DNA from: a phage
DNA length: 64,000 bases
Strand: one strand, 5' to 3'
Sequence record: PZ154897.1
The notes under the pieces were generated by a model. The model was not told the DNA's origin. It saw only the letters and a list, made by a program, of their open reading frames with translations, and did not search any database. Shown here in pieces: positions 48,090 to 59,938 of this stretch (within the stretch, counting starts at the first letter, position 1; the number at the start of each line of letters is the position of its first letter). The translations under genes and the position numbers were made by a program.

Positions 48090-48584
48090 ATGGAAGGTTC
48101 TTCTATCGACGTCACCTTTACCGCTCAATTAGAAACAGGTGAAACGTTAGTATCTATAAATATAACTAGTTACGAAGAAACTCCTGGGGTTTTAGTAGAA
48201 GAAAATCGTTTATATGGAACGTATGAATCTGTATTTGGATTTGGAAATGATGCGTTGAAATATCGTTTAGATAATGAATTTAAAACTGCTGCTTCATGGG
48301 AAGACCTTCCAACTGATTCTAATACTCAGTTATATTTATGGAAAGCTCCTCAAAACCTCCAGAAGACATTCACTTACGAAGTAACATTAATATATGACTA
48401 CCAAGAACAAGGTGAATCTGGAGGTTCTGGCAGTAATTCTAGGTCATCTTCTGATACTACTGAACCAACGAATCCTCCAGCTCCAATAAGAAAAACTCTT
48501 GTTAAAAATTATACAAAAACTATAGTTGGAAATTGGAGTCGTTGGGCTAATAAATTGAGAAGCTATGTGTATGAGAGGCCATAA
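48090..48584 (+). CDS. Hypothetical protein 5.1-like
   Basis: ORF track 48027..48584 trimmed to ATG 48090 with SD AGGAGAA. Confidence 0.6.
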   Translation: MEGSSIDVTFTAQLETGETLVSINITSYEETPGVLVEENRLYGTYESVFGFGNDALKYRLDNEFKTAASWEDLPTDSNTQLYLWKAPQNLQKTFTYEVTLIYDYQEQGESGGSGSNSRSSSDTTEPTNPPAPIRKTLVKNYTKTIVGNWSRWANKLRSYVYERP

Positions 48585-48878
48585 ATGTCAGGATTAAGTT
48601 ACGATAAGTGTGTTACTGCTGGCCATGAAGCATGGCCTCCAACAGTTGTGAATGCCACACAAAGTAAAGTATTCACTGGAGGAATTGCTGTTCTCGTAGC
48701 AGGTGATCCAATTATAGAACATACAGAAATTAAAAAGCCATATGAAACACATGGCGGAGTGACACAACCTAGAACTTCTAAGGTATATGTCACTGGAAAG
48801 AAAGCTGTTCAAATGGCTGATCCAATATCATGCGGTGATACTGTGGCTCAGGCATCATCTAAAGTATTCATTAAATAG
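48585..48878 (+). CDS. 5.4: PAAR-repeat spike tip protein gp5.4
   Basis: 97 aa; PAAR-like fold sequence with conserved Gly and Val positions. Confidence 0.85.
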   Translation: MSGLSYDKCVTAGHEAWPPTVVNATQSKVFTGGIAVLVAGDPIIEHTEIKKPYETHGGVTQPRTSKVYVTGKKAVQMADPISCGDTVAQASSKVFIK

Positions 48879-48886
48879 GATTTAAA

Positions 48887-50869
48887 ATGGCAAATACCCC
48901 TGTAAATTATCAATTAACAAGAACAGCAAATGCTATTCCCGAGATATTCGTCGGGGGTACATTTGCTGAAATAAAACAAAACCTCATTGAATGGCTTAAT
49001 GGTCAAAATGAATTTTTGGATTATGATTTTGAAGGCTCAAGATTAAACGTTCTGTGCGACCTTTTGGCTTATAATACATTATACATTCAGCAGTTTGGTA
49101 ATGCTGCCGTGTATGAAAGCTTTATGCGTACTGCTAACTTACGTAGTTCAGTAGTTCAAGCGGCACAAGATAATGGATATTTACCTACTTCAAAATCAGC
49201 TGCTCAAACTGAAATTATGCTAACTTGTACAGACGCATTGAATAGAAATTACATTACTATTCCTCGTGGTACTCGCTTTTTAGCATATGCAAAAGATACT
49301 TCTGTTAATCCTTATAACTTTGTATCTACCGAAGATGTTATTGCTATTCGCGACAAAAATAACCAATATTTTCCGCGTTTAAAATTAGCCCAGGGACGTA
49401 TAGTAAGAACTGAAATCATTTATGATAAATTAACACCTATTATCATTTATGACAAAAATATAGATAGAAACCAAGTTAAACTATACGTTGATGGAGCAGA
49501 ATGGATTAACTGGACAAGAAAGTCAATGGTTCATGCTGGTTCTACATCAACAATTTACTACATGCGTGAAACTATTGATGGAAATACTGAGTTTTATTTT
49601 GGCGAAGGTGAGATTTCTGTTAATGCGGCAGAAGGAGCATTGACTGCTAATTATATTGGAGGTCTTAAACCTACCCAAAACTCTACGATTGTTATTGAGT
49701 ACATCAGTACTAACGGTGCAGATGCGAATGGCGCAGTCGGATTTTCATACGCAGATACATTAACAAATATAACTGTCATCAACATTAATGAAAATCCAAA
49801 CGATGACCCAGATTTTGTTGGGGCAGATGGCGGCGGCGATCCAGAAGATATTGAACGTATTCGCGAATTGGGTACTATTAAACGCGAAACCCAGCAACGC
49901 TGCGTAACTGCAACTGACTATGATACATTCGTTTCAGAGAGATTTGGTTCTATTATTCAAGCAGTTCAGACGTTCACTGATTCTACTAAACCTGGTTATG
50001 CATTTATTGCTGCTAAACCTAAATCAGGTCTGTATTTAACTACTGTACAGCGCGAAGATATTAAAAATTATCTCAAAGACTATAATTTAGCTCCTATTAC
50101 GCCATCAATTATTTCTCCTAATTATCTTTTTATTAAGACTAATTTAAAAGTCACATATGCTTTAAATAAGCTGCAAGAATCCGAACAGTGGCTCGAAGGT
50201 CAAATAATTGATAAAATTGATCGTTATTATACCGAAGATGTAGAAATTTTTAACTCATCTTTCGCTAAATCTAAGATGTTGACATATGTAGATGATGCAG
50301 ATCATTCTATCATTGGCTCATCAGCGACAATTCAAATTGTTCGTGAAGTACAAAACTTCTATAAAACGCCTGAAGCAGGTATTAAATACAATAATCAAAT
50401 AAAAGATCGTTCTATGGAATCTAATACGTTTTCATTTAATTCTGGACGAAAGGTTGTAAATCCTGATACTGGTTTAGAAGAAGATGTATTATATGACGTT
50501 CGCATAGTATCAACAGACCGAGATTCTAAAGGAATTGGTAAAGTTATTATTGGTCCATTTGCTTCTGGCGATGTTACAGAAAATGAAAACATTCAGCCGT
50601 ATACAGGCAACGATTTTAACAAATTAGCAAATTCTGATGGACGCGACAAATATTATGTTATCGGTGAAATAAATTATCCAGCTGATGTGATTTACTGGAA
50701 TATCGCTAAAATTAATTTAACATCTGAAAAATTTGAAGTTCAGACTATTGAATTATATTCTGACCCAACCGATGATGTTATCTTTACTCGCGATGGTTCA
50801 CTGATTGTATTTGAAAATGACTTACGTCCACAATACTTAACTATCGATTTGGAGCCTATATCACAATGA
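48887..50869 (+). CDS. 6: Baseplate wedge protein gp6
   Basis: 660 aa, length and position as T4. Confidence 0.92.
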   Translation: MANTPVNYQLTRTANAIPEIFVGGTFAEIKQNLIEWLNGQNEFLDYDFEGSRLNVLCDLLAYNTLYIQQFGNAAVYESFMRTANLRSSVVQAAQDNGYLPTSKSAAQTEIMLTCTDALNRNYITIPRGTRFLAYAKDTSVNPYNFVSTEDVIAIRDKNNQYFPRLKLAQGRIVRTEIIYDKLTPIIIYDKNIDRNQVKLYVDGAEWINWTRKSMVHAGSTSTIYYMRETIDGNTEFYFGEGEISVNAAEGALTANYIGGLKPTQNSTIVIEYISTNGADANGAVGFSYADTLTNITVININENPNDDPDFVGADGGGDPEDIERIRELGTIKRETQQRCVTATDYDTFVSERFGSIIQAVQTFTDSTKPGYAFIAAKPKSGLYLTTVQREDIKNYLKDYNLAPITPSIISPNYLFIKTNLKVTYALNKLQESEQWLEGQIIDKIDRYYTEDVEIFNSSFAKSKMLTYVDDADHSIIGSSATIQIVREVQNFYKTPEAGIKYNNQIKDRSMESNTFSFNSGRKVVNPDTGLEEDVLYDVRIVSTDRDSKGIGKVIIGPFASGDVTENENIQPYTGNDFNKLANSDGRDKYYVIGEINYPADVIYWNIAKINLTSEKFEVQTIELYSDPTDDVIFTRDGSLIVFENDLRPQYLTIDLEPISQ

Positions 50870-53800
50870 CAGTAAAAGCACCTTCAGTCACTAGTCTCAG
50901 AATTTCCAAGTTATCCGCAAATCAGGTGCAAGTACGCTGGGATGACGTTGGTGCTAATTTCTACTATTTTGTAGAAATCGCTGAGACAAAAACAAACTCG
51001 GGGGAAAATCTCCCGAGTAATCAATACAGATGGATTAACTTAGGATATACTGCAAATAACAGCTTCTTTTTTGATGATGCTGACCCATTGACATCATACG
51101 TTATTAGAGTAGCCACAGCTGCGCAAGATTTTGAGCAGTCTGATTGGATTTATACCGAAGAGTTTGAAACTTTTGCTACAAATGCTTATACATTTCAAAA
51201 CATGATTGAAATGCAATTAGCTAATAAATTCATTCAGGAAAAATTTACTCTTAATAATTCTGATTATGTTAATTTTAATAATGACACTATAATGGCTGCA
51301 TTGATGAATGAATCATTTCAGTTCAGCCCATCATATGTTGATGTTTCATCAATAAGTAATTTTATTATTGGTGAAAATGAGTATCATGAAATACAAGGTT
51401 CTATTCAGCAAGTATGTAAGGATATTAACCGAGTTTATTTGATGGAATCAGAAGGGATTCTATACCTTTTTGAGCGCTATCAACCTGTAGTTAAAGTATC
51501 CAATGATAAAGGACAAACTTGGAAAGCTGTAAAGCTCTTCAATGACCGCGTAGGATATCCTTTATCTAAGACAGTATATTACCAATCTGCGAACACAACA
51601 TACGTTCTAGGATACGACAAGATTTTCTATGGCCGCAAATCGACTGATGTTAGATGGTCAGCTGATGATGTCAGATTTAGTTCTCAGGATATAACATTCG
51701 CTAAACTCGGTGACCAATTACATCTAGGATTTGATGTAGAAATTTTTGCCACTTACGCGACTTTACCAGCTAATGTATACCGTATTGCAGAAGCTATTAC
51801 TTGCACCGATGATTACATTTACGTTGTCGCCAGAGATAAAGTTAGATACATAAAAACGAGTAATGCACCTATAGATTCTGATCCATTATCTCCGACATAT
51901 TCGGAAAGGCTTTTTGAACCTGATACTATGACTATAACTGGAAATCCTAAAGCAGTATGCTATAAAATGGATTCTGTCGGTGATAAAGTTTTTGCTCTTA
52001 TTATTGGTGAAGTTGAAACATTAAATGCTAATCCTAGAACATCAAAAATAATTGATTCTGCTGATAAAGGAATATATGTTTTAAATCATGACACAAAAAC
52101 GTGGAAAAGAGTTTTTGGCAACACTGAAGAAGAAAGAAGACGTATTCAACCAGGGTATGCGAATATGTCAACTGATGGTAAATTAGTTTCTCTATCATCG
52201 AGTAATTTTAAATTTTTAAGTGATAATGTTGTTAATGACCCTGAAACTGCAGCAAAATATCAGTTAATCGGTGCCGTTAAATATGAATTTCCTCGTGAAT
52301 GGCTAGCTGATAAGCATTATCATATGATGGCATTTATAGCAGATGAAAAGTCTGATTGGGAAACTTTTACTCCTCAGCCGATGAAATACTACGCTGAACC
52401 ATTCTTTAACTGGTCTAAAAAATCTAACACACGTTGTTGGATAAACAACTCTGATAGGGTTGTAGTAGTTTATGCTGATTTAAAATACACTAAAGTTATA
52501 GAAAATATTCCGGAAACATCACCAGATAGATTAGTTCATGAATATTGGGACGATGGCGATTGCACTATAGTAATGCCAAATGTTAAATTCACTGGATTTA
52601 AAAAATATGCATCTGGGATGCTTTTCTATAAAGCCTCTGGTGAAATAATTTCTTACTATGATTTTAACTATCGTGTTAGAGACACTGTCGAAATTATTTG
52701 GAAACCAACTGAAGTATTTTTAAAAGCATTTTTACAAAACCAAGAGCATGAAACTCCTTGGTCGCCCGAAGAAGAGCGTGGATTAGCTGACCCTGATTTA
52801 AGACCATTGATTGGCACAATGATGCCTGATTCTTATTTGTTACAGGATTCGAATTTTGAGGCATTTTGTGAAGCATATATTCAGTATCTCTCTGATGGAT
52901 ATGGAACTCAGTATAACAATTTACGAAATTTAATTCGTAACAAATATCCACGAGAAGAGCATGCATGGGAATATTTGTGGTCAGAGATATATAAAAGAAA
53001 CATTTATTTAAATGCTGACAAACGTGATGCTGTTGCAAGATTTTTCGAATCACGTAGCTATGATTTTTATTCTACTAAAGGAATTGAAGCATCATATAAA
53101 TTTCTTTTTAAAGTTCTTTATAATGAAGAAGTTGAAATTGAAATTGAATCTGGGGCTGGTACTGAATATGATATAATCGTTCAATCTGATTCTTTGACTG
53201 AAGACTTAGTAGGACAAACGATTTATACAGCTACAGGAAGATGTAATGTTACTTATATAGAAAGAAGCTATTCTAATGGTAAATTGCAATGGACCGTAAC
53301 TATTCATAATCTTTTAGGAAGATTAATTGCCGGTCAAGAAGTTAAAGCAGAAAGACTCCCTAGTTTTGAAGGCGAAATTATTCGTGGAGTTAAAGGGAAG
53401 GATTTGCTTCAAAATAATATAGACTATATTAATAGAAGTCGATCATATTATGTAATGAAAATTAAATCCAATTTACCTTCTTCCCGCTGGAAATCTGACG
53501 TTATTCGTTTTGTTCATCCAGTAGGATTTGGATTTATAGCAATTACTCTTTTAACAATGTTTATTAATGTTGGTTTAACTCTTAAACCAACAGAGACTAT
53601 AATTAATAAATACAAAAACTATAAATGGGATTCTGGATTGCCTACTGAATATGCTGATAGAGTAGCTAAATTGACTCCAACCGGTGAAATTGAGCATGAT
53701 TCGGTAACAGGTGAAGCAATTTATGAACCTGGCCCAATGGCTGGTGTAAAATATCCTCTTCCTGATGACTATAATGCTGAAAATAATAATTCAATATTTC

Positions 53801-53964
53801 AAGGTCAATTGCCATCTGAACGACGTAAATTAATGAGTCCTTTATTCGATGCATCTGGAACAACATTTGCACAATTTAGGGATTTAGTTAATAAACGTCT
53901 AAAAGATAATATAGGAAATCCAAGAGACCCTGAAAATCCAACACAGGTTAAAATAGATGAATGA
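50866..53964 (+). CDS. 7: Baseplate wedge protein gp7
   Basis: 1032 aa. Confidence 0.92.
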   Translation: MTVKAPSVTSLRISKLSANQVQVRWDDVGANFYYFVEIAETKTNSGENLPSNQYRWINLGYTANNSFFFDDADPLTSYVIRVATAAQDFEQSDWIYTEEFETFATNAYTFQNMIEMQLANKFIQEKFTLNNSDYVNFNNDTIMAALMNESFQFSPSYVDVSSISNFIIGENEYHEIQGSIQQVCKDINRVYLMESEGILYLFERYQPVVKVSNDKGQTWKAVKLFNDRVGYPLSKTVYYQSANTTYVLGYDKIFYGRKSTDVRWSADDVRFSSQDITFAKLGDQLHLGFDVEIFATYATLPANVYRIAEAITCTDDYIYVVARDKVRYIKTSNAPIDSDPLSPTYSERLFEPDTMTITGNPKAVCYKMDSVGDKVFALIIGEVETLNANPRTSKIIDSADKGIYVLNHDTKTWKRVFGNTEEERRRIQPGYANMSTDGKLVSLSSSNFKFLSDNVVNDPETAAKYQLIGAVKYEFPREWLADKHYHMMAFIADEKSDWETFTPQPMKYYAEPFFNWSKKSNTRCWINNSDRVVVVYADLKYTKVIENIPETSPDRLVHEYWDDGDCTIVMPNVKFTGFKKYASGMLFYKASGEIISYYDFNYRVRDTVEIIWKPTEVFLKAFLQNQEHETPWSPEEERGLADPDLRPLIGTMMPDSYLLQDSNFEAFCEAYIQYLSDGYGTQYNNLRNLIRNKYPREEHAWEYLWSEIYKRNIYLNADKRDAVARFFESRSYDFYSTKGIEASYKFLFKVLYNEEVEIEIESGAGTEYDIIVQSDSLTEDLVGQTIYTATGRCNVTYIERSYSNGKLQWTVTIHNLLGRLIAGQEVKAERLPSFEGEIIRGVKGKDLLQNNIDYINRSRSYYVMKIKSNLPSSRWKSDVIRFVHPVGFGFIAITLLTMFINVGLTLKPTETIINKYKNYKWDSGLPTEYADRVAKLTPTGEIEHDSVTGEAIYEPGPMAGVKYPLPDDYNAENNNSIFQGQLPSERRKLMSPLFDASGTTFAQFRDLVNKRLKDNIGNPRDPENPTQVKIDE

Positions 53965-54961
53965 TTCAAGTGTTATCTATCGTGCGATAGTTACTTCAAA
54001 ATTTAGAACAGAAAAAATGTTGAATTTTTATAATTCAATTGGAAGTGGTCCGGATAAAAACACTATCTTTATCACATTTGGAAGATCAGAACCATGGTCA
54101 TCAAATGAAAATGAGGTGGGATTTGCCCCACCTTATCCCACCGATTCTGTATTAGGTGTAACTGACATGTGGACTCATATGATGGGAACCGTGAAGGTTC
54201 TTCCATCTATGCTTGATGCAGTTATTCCTCGTCGAGATTGGGGAGATACTAGATATCCGGATCCATACACATTTAGAATTAACGATATTGTAGTATGTAA
54301 CTCAGCTCCTTACAATGCTACCGAATCAGGCGCAGGCTGGTTAGTATATCGTTGTTTAGATGTTCCTGATACCGGAATGTGTTCAATTGAGTCTTTAACT
54401 AATAAGGATGAATGCCTTAAGTTAGGTGGAAAATGGACTCCTTCTGCTAGGTCAATGACTCCTCCTGAAGGTCGAGGAGACGCGGAAGGAACAATCGAAC
54501 CTGGAGACGGGTATGTATGGGAATATCTTTTTGAGATTCCGCCTGATGTATCTATAAATAGATGTACGAATGAATATATCGTGGTTCCTTGGCCGGAAGA
54601 ATTAAAAGAAGACCCAACTAGATGGGGGTATGAAGATAATCTCACTTGGCAACAAGATGATTTTGGATTAATTTACCGTGTTAAGGCAAATACTATCCGT
54701 TTTAAAGCATATTTAGATTCAGTTTATTTTCCTGAAGCTGCACTGCCGGGAAATAAAGGATTTAGGCAAATATCAATAATCACGAATCCTCTTGAAGCTA
54801 AAGCTCATCCAAATGACCCAAACGTTAAAGCTGAAAAGGATTATTATGATCCGGAAGATTTAATGAGGCATTCGGGAGAAATGATTTATATGGAAAATAG
54901 GCCACCTATTATCATGGCAATGGATCAAACAGAAGAAATCAATATTCTGTTTACATTTTAA
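53957..54961 (+). CDS. 8: Baseplate wedge protein gp8
   Basis: 334 aa. Confidence 0.92.
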   Translation: MNDSSVIYRAIVTSKFRTEKMLNFYNSIGSGPDKNTIFITFGRSEPWSSNENEVGFAPPYPTDSVLGVTDMWTHMMGTVKVLPSMLDAVIPRRDWGDTRYPDPYTFRINDIVVCNSAPYNATESGAGWLVYRCLDVPDTGMCSIESLTNKDECLKLGGKWTPSARSMTPPEGRGDAEGTIEPGDGYVWEYLFEIPPDVSINRCTNEYIVVPWPEELKEDPTRWGYEDNLTWQQDDFGLIYRVKANTIRFKAYLDSVYFPEAALPGNKGFRQISIITNPLEAKAHPNDPNVKAEKDYYDPEDLMRHSGEMIYMENRPPIIMAMDQTEEINILFTF

Positions 54962-54964
54962 CTT

Positions 54965-54993
54965 AAGGGAGCCCATGGGCTCCCTTTTTCTTT
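54965..54993 (+). terminator. Intrinsic terminator after gene 8 (GGGAGCCC-loop-GGGCUCCC then U-rich)
   Basis: Perfect 8-bp inverted repeat 54967-54984 followed by tttttcttt. Confidence 0.6.
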
Positions 54994-55000
54994 ATAAATA
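54993..55000 (+). promoter_or_regulatory. Late promoter TATAAATA for gene 9
   Basis: tataaata at 54993-55000, 25 nt upstream of the gene 9 ATG. Confidence 0.55.
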
Positions 55001-55024
55001 CTATAAACTCATAAGGAAACCGCT

Positions 55025-55891
55025 ATGTTCATTCAAGAACCAAAGAAATTGATTGATACCGGCGAAATTGGTAACGCTTCTACTGGTGATATCTTATTCG
55101 ACGGTGGTAATAAAATTAATAGTGATTTTAACGCAATTTATAATGCGTTTGGCGATCAACGTAAAATGGCAGTAGCAAATGGAACTGGAGCAGATGGCCA
55201 AATTATCCATGCTACTGGATATTATCAAAAACACTCTATCGCAGAGTACGCAACTCCAGTAAAAGTTGGCACTAGGCATGATATTGATACCTCTACTGTA
55301 GGTGTTAAAGTTATCATTGAAAGAGGCGAACTTGGTGATTGTGTTGAATTTATTAACTCAAATGGATCAATATCAGTTACTAATCCTTTAACAATTCAAG
55401 CCATTGATTCAATTAAAGGTGTTTCAGGTAATTTAGTAGTAACTAGCCCATATAGTAAAGTAACTTTACGTTGTATTTCATCTGATAATTCTACATCGGT
55501 GTGGAATTATTCTATTGAAAGTATGTTTGGTCAAAAGGAATCACCAGCTGAAGGTACATGGAATATTTCTACATCCGGATCAGTTGATATTCCACTATTT
55601 CATCGTACTGAATATAACATGGCTAAATTGTTAGTTACATGCCAATCAGTAGATGGAAGAAAAATTAAAACGGCAGAAATAAATATTCTTGTGGATACTG
55701 TTAATTCAGAGGTCATTTCTTCTGAATATGCTGTCATGCGGGTTGGGAATGAAACCGAAGAAGACGAAATCGCTAATATTGCATTTAGTATTAAAGAAAA
55801 TTATGTAACGGCGACTATAAGTTCTTCAACTGTCGGTATGAGAGCAGCAGTTAAAGTTATCGCTACGCAGAAAATCGGGGTGGCTCAATAA
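55025..55891 (+). CDS. 9: Baseplate protein gp9 (long tail fibre socket)
   Basis: 288 aa. Confidence 0.92.
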   Translation: MFIQEPKKLIDTGEIGNASTGDILFDGGNKINSDFNAIYNAFGDQRKMAVANGTGADGQIIHATGYYQKHSIAEYATPVKVGTRHDIDTSTVGVKVIIERGELGDCVEFINSNGSISVTNPLTIQAIDSIKGVSGNLVVTSPYSKVTLRCISSDNSTSVWNYSIESMFGQKESPAEGTWNISTSGSVDIPLFHRTEYNMAKLLVTCQSVDGRKIKTAEINILVDTVNSEVISSEYAVMRVGNETEEDEIANIAFSIKENYVTATISSSTVGMRAAVKVIATQKIGVAQ

Positions 55892-57699
55892 TGAAACAAA
55901 ATATTAATATCGGTAATGTTGTTGATGATGGTACCGGTGACTACCTGCGTAAAGGTGGTATAAAAATAAATGAAAACTTTGATGAGCTTTATTACGAGCT
56001 TGGTGATGGAGATGTTCCATATTCAGCCGGTGCCTGGAAAACTTATGATGCTTCATCTGGTCAAACACTAAAAGCTGAGTGGGGGAAATCATACGCTATT
56101 AATACCTCTTCTGGAAGAGTAACTATAAATCTTCCAAAAGGAACTGTCAATGATTACAACAAAGTAATTAGAGCTAGAGACGTATTTGCTACATGGAACG
56201 TTAACCCAGTTACATTAGTAGCTGCTTCCGGTGATACGATTAAAGGGTCTGCAGTACCAGTTGAAATTAATGTTCAATTCAGTGATTTGGAATTAGTGTA
56301 TTGCGCTCCAGGACGTTGGGAATATGTCAAAAATAAGCAAATTGACAAAATTACCAGTTCAGACATTAGTAATGTAGCTCGTAAAGAATTTTTAGTCGAA
56401 GTTCAAGGACAAACAGACTTTTTAGATGTTTTCCGTGGAACTAGCTATAATGTAAATAACATCAGAGTAAAACATCGTGGTAACGAATTGTATTACGGCG
56501 ATGTATTTAGTGAAAACAGCGATTTTGGCTCTCCGGGCGAAAATGAAGGTGAATTAGTTCCTCTTGATGGATTTAATATTCGATTAAGACAACCTTGTAA
56601 TATCGGTGACACCGTTCAAATTGAAACATTTATGGATGGTGTATCACAATGGAGAAGTTCATATACAAGACGCCAAATTAGACTGTTAGATTCAAAATTA
56701 ACGTCAAAAACTTCTTTAGAAGGAAGCATTTACGTTACTGATTTATCAACAATGAAATCAATTCCGTTTTCAGCTTTTGGATTAATTCCAGGTGAACCTA
56801 TTAATCCTAATTCTCTCGAGGTCCGTTTTAATGGAATTTTACAAGAATTGGCTGGAACAGTTGGAATGCCATTATTTCATTGTGTTGGTGCTGATTCAGA
56901 TGATGAAGTAGAATGCTCTGTTTTAGGTGGAACTTGGGAACAGTCTCACACAGACTATTCAGTTGAAACTGACGAAAACGGCATACCAGAAACATTGCAC
57001 TTCGATAGAGTATTTGAGCATGGCGACATTATCAATATCACCTGGTTTAATAATGATTTAGGTACATTATTAACAAAAGATGAGATTATTGATGAAACTG
57101 ATAATCTCTATGTATCGCAAGGACCAGGAGTAGATATTTCCGGTGATGTAAATTTAACAGACTTCGATAAAATTGGTTGGCCAAATGTAGAAGCAGTTCA
57201 GTCCTATCAACGCGAATTTAATGCTGTTTCAAATATCTTTGATACGATTTATCCTATTGGAACTATATATGAAAACGCTGTTAATCCAAATAACCCTGTT
57301 ACATATATGGGATTCGGCTCATGGAAATTATTTGGGCAAGGAAAAGTTTTAGTTGGATGGAATGAAGATATTTCGGACCCTAACTTTGCTCTAAATAACA
57401 ACGATTTAGATTCGGGTGGAAATCCTTCACATACTGCAGGCGGAACAGGTGGTTCTACTTCTGTTACATTGGAAAATGCTAATCTTCCTGCAACTGAGAC
57501 AGATGAAGAAGTTCTAATAGTTGATGAAAATGGATCAGTCATTGTTGGTGGATGTCAATACGATCCAGATGAATCCGGTCCAGTTTACACGAAATACCGT
57601 GAAGCTAAAGCATCTACTAACTCTACTCACACTCCGCCAACATCAATAACTAACATTCAACCATATATTACAGTTTATCGTTGGATAAGGATTGCATAA
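55891..57699 (+). CDS. 10: Baseplate wedge / short tail fibre attachment protein gp10
   Basis: 602 aa. Confidence 0.92.
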   Translation: MKQNINIGNVVDDGTGDYLRKGGIKINENFDELYYELGDGDVPYSAGAWKTYDASSGQTLKAEWGKSYAINTSSGRVTINLPKGTVNDYNKVIRARDVFATWNVNPVTLVAASGDTIKGSAVPVEINVQFSDLELVYCAPGRWEYVKNKQIDKITSSDISNVARKEFLVEVQGQTDFLDVFRGTSYNVNNIRVKHRGNELYYGDVFSENSDFGSPGENEGELVPLDGFNIRLRQPCNIGDTVQIETFMDGVSQWRSSYTRRQIRLLDSKLTSKTSLEGSIYVTDLSTMKSIPFSAFGLIPGEPINPNSLEVRFNGILQELAGTVGMPLFHCVGADSDDEVECSVLGGTWEQSHTDYSVETDENGIPETLHFDRVFEHGDIINITWFNNDLGTLLTKDEIIDETDNLYVSQGPGVDISGDVNLTDFDKIGWPNVEAVQSYQREFNAVSNIFDTIYPIGTIYENAVNPNNPVTYMGFGSWKLFGQGKVLVGWNEDISDPNFALNNNDLDSGGNPSHTAGGTGGSTSVTLENANLPATETDEEVLIVDENGSVIVGGCQYDPDESGPVYTKYREAKASTNSTHTPPTSITNIQPYITVYRWIRIA

Positions 57700-58358
57700 T
57701 GAGTTTACTTAATAATAAAGCGGGAGTTATTTCCCGCTTAGCCGATTTTCTTGGTTTTAGACCTAAAACTGGCGACATCGATGTAATGAATCGTCAATCG
57801 GTTGGGTCAGTGACAATTTCTCAATTAGCGAAAGGATTTTATGAACCAAACGTAGAATCAGCTATTAATGATGTTCATAATTTTTCTATAAAAGACGTTG
57901 GTACAATTATTACTAATAAAACTGGCGTTTCTCCTGAGGGTGTTTCTCAAACTGATTATTGGGCATTTTCAGGAACTGTGACAGATGATTCGCTTCCTCC
58001 TGGTTCTCCTGTTACTGTATTAGTATTTGGTCTTCCGGTTTCAGCAACAACCGGAATGACAGCTATCGAGTTTGTTGCCAAAGTTCGCGTTGCACTACAA
58101 GAAGCTATTGCGTCATTTACTGCTATCAATTCATATAAAGACCATCCAACTGACGGTAGTAAATTAGAAGTTACTTATTTAGATAATCAGAAACATGTAT
58201 TAAGCACATATTCCACATATGGAATAACTATTTCCCAAGAAATTATTTCAGAATCTAAGCCTGGATATGGCACATGGAATTTGCTTGGTGCACAAACTGT
58301 AACTTTAGATAATCAGCAAACTCCAATAGTACTTTATCATTTTGAGAGAACAGCATGA
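57699..58358 (+). CDS. 11: Baseplate wedge protein gp11
   Basis: ORF track 57681..58358 (TTG) trimmed to ATG 57699 (MSLLNNKAG), overlapping the gene 10 stop (TAATG); 219 aa. Confidence 0.9.
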   Translation: MSLLNNKAGVISRLADFLGFRPKTGDIDVMNRQSVGSVTISQLAKGFYEPNVESAINDVHNFSIKDVGTIITNKTGVSPEGVSQTDYWAFSGTVTDDSLPPGSPVTVLVFGLPVSATTGMTAIEFVAKVRVALQEAIASFTAINSYKDHPTDGSKLEVTYLDNQKHVLSTYSTYGITISQEIISESKPGYGTWNLLGAQTVTLDNQQTPIVLYHFERTA

Positions 58359-59938
58359 GTAATAATACATATCAACACGTTTCTAATGAATCTCGCTATG
58401 TAAAATTTGATCCAACAGGTACAAATTTTCCGGCAGAGATTACTGATGTTCAGGCTGCTATAGCAGCCATTTCTCCTGCTGGTGTAAATGGAGTTCCTGA
58501 TGCATCATCAACAACAAAGGGAATTTTATTTCTTGCCACTGAACAGGAAGTTATCGACGGAACTGATAATACCAAAGCAGTTACACCAGCAACGTTGGCA
58601 ACAAGATTATCTTATCCAAACGCAACTGAAACTGTTTACGGATTAACAAGATATTCGACCAATGATGAAGCAATTGCCGGAGTTAATAATGAATCTTCTA
58701 TAACTCCTGCTAAATTTACTGTTGCCCTTAATAATGCCTTTGAAACACGAGTTTCAACTGAATCATCAAATGGAGTTATTAAAATTTCATCTCTACCGCA
58801 AGCATTAGCTGGCGCAGATGATACTACTGCGATGACTCCGTTAAAAACACAGCAGTTAGCTATTAAATTAATTGCGCAAATCGCTCCTTCTGAAACCACA
58901 GCTACCGAATCTGACCAAGGTGTTGTTCAATTAGCGACAGTAGCTCAAGTTCGTCAAGGAACCTTAAGAGAAGGCTATGCAATTTCTCCTTATACGCTAA
59001 TGAATTCTACTGCTACTGAAGAATATAAAGGCGTAATTAAATTAGGAACACAATCAGAAGTTAACTCGAATAATGCTTCTGTTGCGGTTACTGGCGCAAC
59101 TCTTAATGGTCGTGGTTCTACAACGTCAATGAGAGGCGTAGTTAAATTAACTACAACCGCCGGCTCACAGAGTGGAGGCGATGCTTCATCAGCACTAGCT
59201 TGGAATGCTGACGTTATCCACCAAAGAGGTGGTCAAACGATTAATGGAACACTTCGCATTAATAATACGCTCACAATAGCTTCAGGCGGAGCAAATATTA
59301 CCGGAACAGTTAACATGACCGGTGGTTATATTCAAGGTAAGCGCGTTGTAACGCAGAATGAAATAGATAGAACTATTCCTGTCGGAGCTATTATGATGTG
59401 GGCGGCTGATAGCCTTCCTAGTGATGCTTGGCGCTTCTGTCATGGCGGAACTGTTTCAGCATCAGATTGTCCATTATATGCTTCTAGAATTGGAACAAGA
59501 TACGGCGGAAGTTCATCAAATCCTGGATTACCTGATATGCGTGGCCTTTTTGTTCGCGGCTCTGGTCGTGGTTCTCACTTAACAAATCCAAATGTTAATG
59601 GTAATGACCAATTTGGTAAGCCTAGATTAGGCGTAGGTTGTACCGGTGGATATGTTGGCGAAGTACAAAAACAGCAGATGTCTTATCATAAACACGCTGG
59701 CGGATTTGGTGAGCATGATGATTCTGGAGCATTCGGTAATACCCGCAGATCAAATTTTGTTGGTACACGTAAAGGACTTGACTGGGATAACCGTTCATAC
59801 TTCACCAATGACGGATATGAAATTGACCCAGCATCACAACGAAATTCCAAATATACACTAAATCGTCCTGAATTAATTGGAAATGAAACACGTCCATGGA
59901 ACATTTCTTTAAACTACATAATTAAGGTAAAAGAATGA
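58355..59938 (+). CDS. 12: Short tail fibre protein gp12
   Basis: 527 aa; repeat-rich fibre sequence. Confidence 0.92.
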   Translation: MSNNTYQHVSNESRYVKFDPTGTNFPAEITDVQAAIAAISPAGVNGVPDASSTTKGILFLATEQEVIDGTDNTKAVTPATLATRLSYPNATETVYGLTRYSTNDEAIAGVNNESSITPAKFTVALNNAFETRVSTESSNGVIKISSLPQALAGADDTTAMTPLKTQQLAIKLIAQIAPSETTATESDQGVVQLATVAQVRQGTLREGYAISPYTLMNSTATEEYKGVIKLGTQSEVNSNNASVAVTGATLNGRGSTTSMRGVVKLTTTAGSQSGGDASSALAWNADVIHQRGGQTINGTLRINNTLTIASGGANITGTVNMTGGYIQGKRVVTQNEIDRTIPVGAIMMWAADSLPSDAWRFCHGGTVSASDCPLYASRIGTRYGGSSSNPGLPDMRGLFVRGSGRGSHLTNPNVNGNDQFGKPRLGVGCTGGYVGEVQKQQMSYHKHAGGFGEHDDSGAFGNTRRSNFVGTRKGLDWDNRSYFTNDGYEIDPASQRNSKYTLNRPELIGNETRPWNISLNYIIKVKE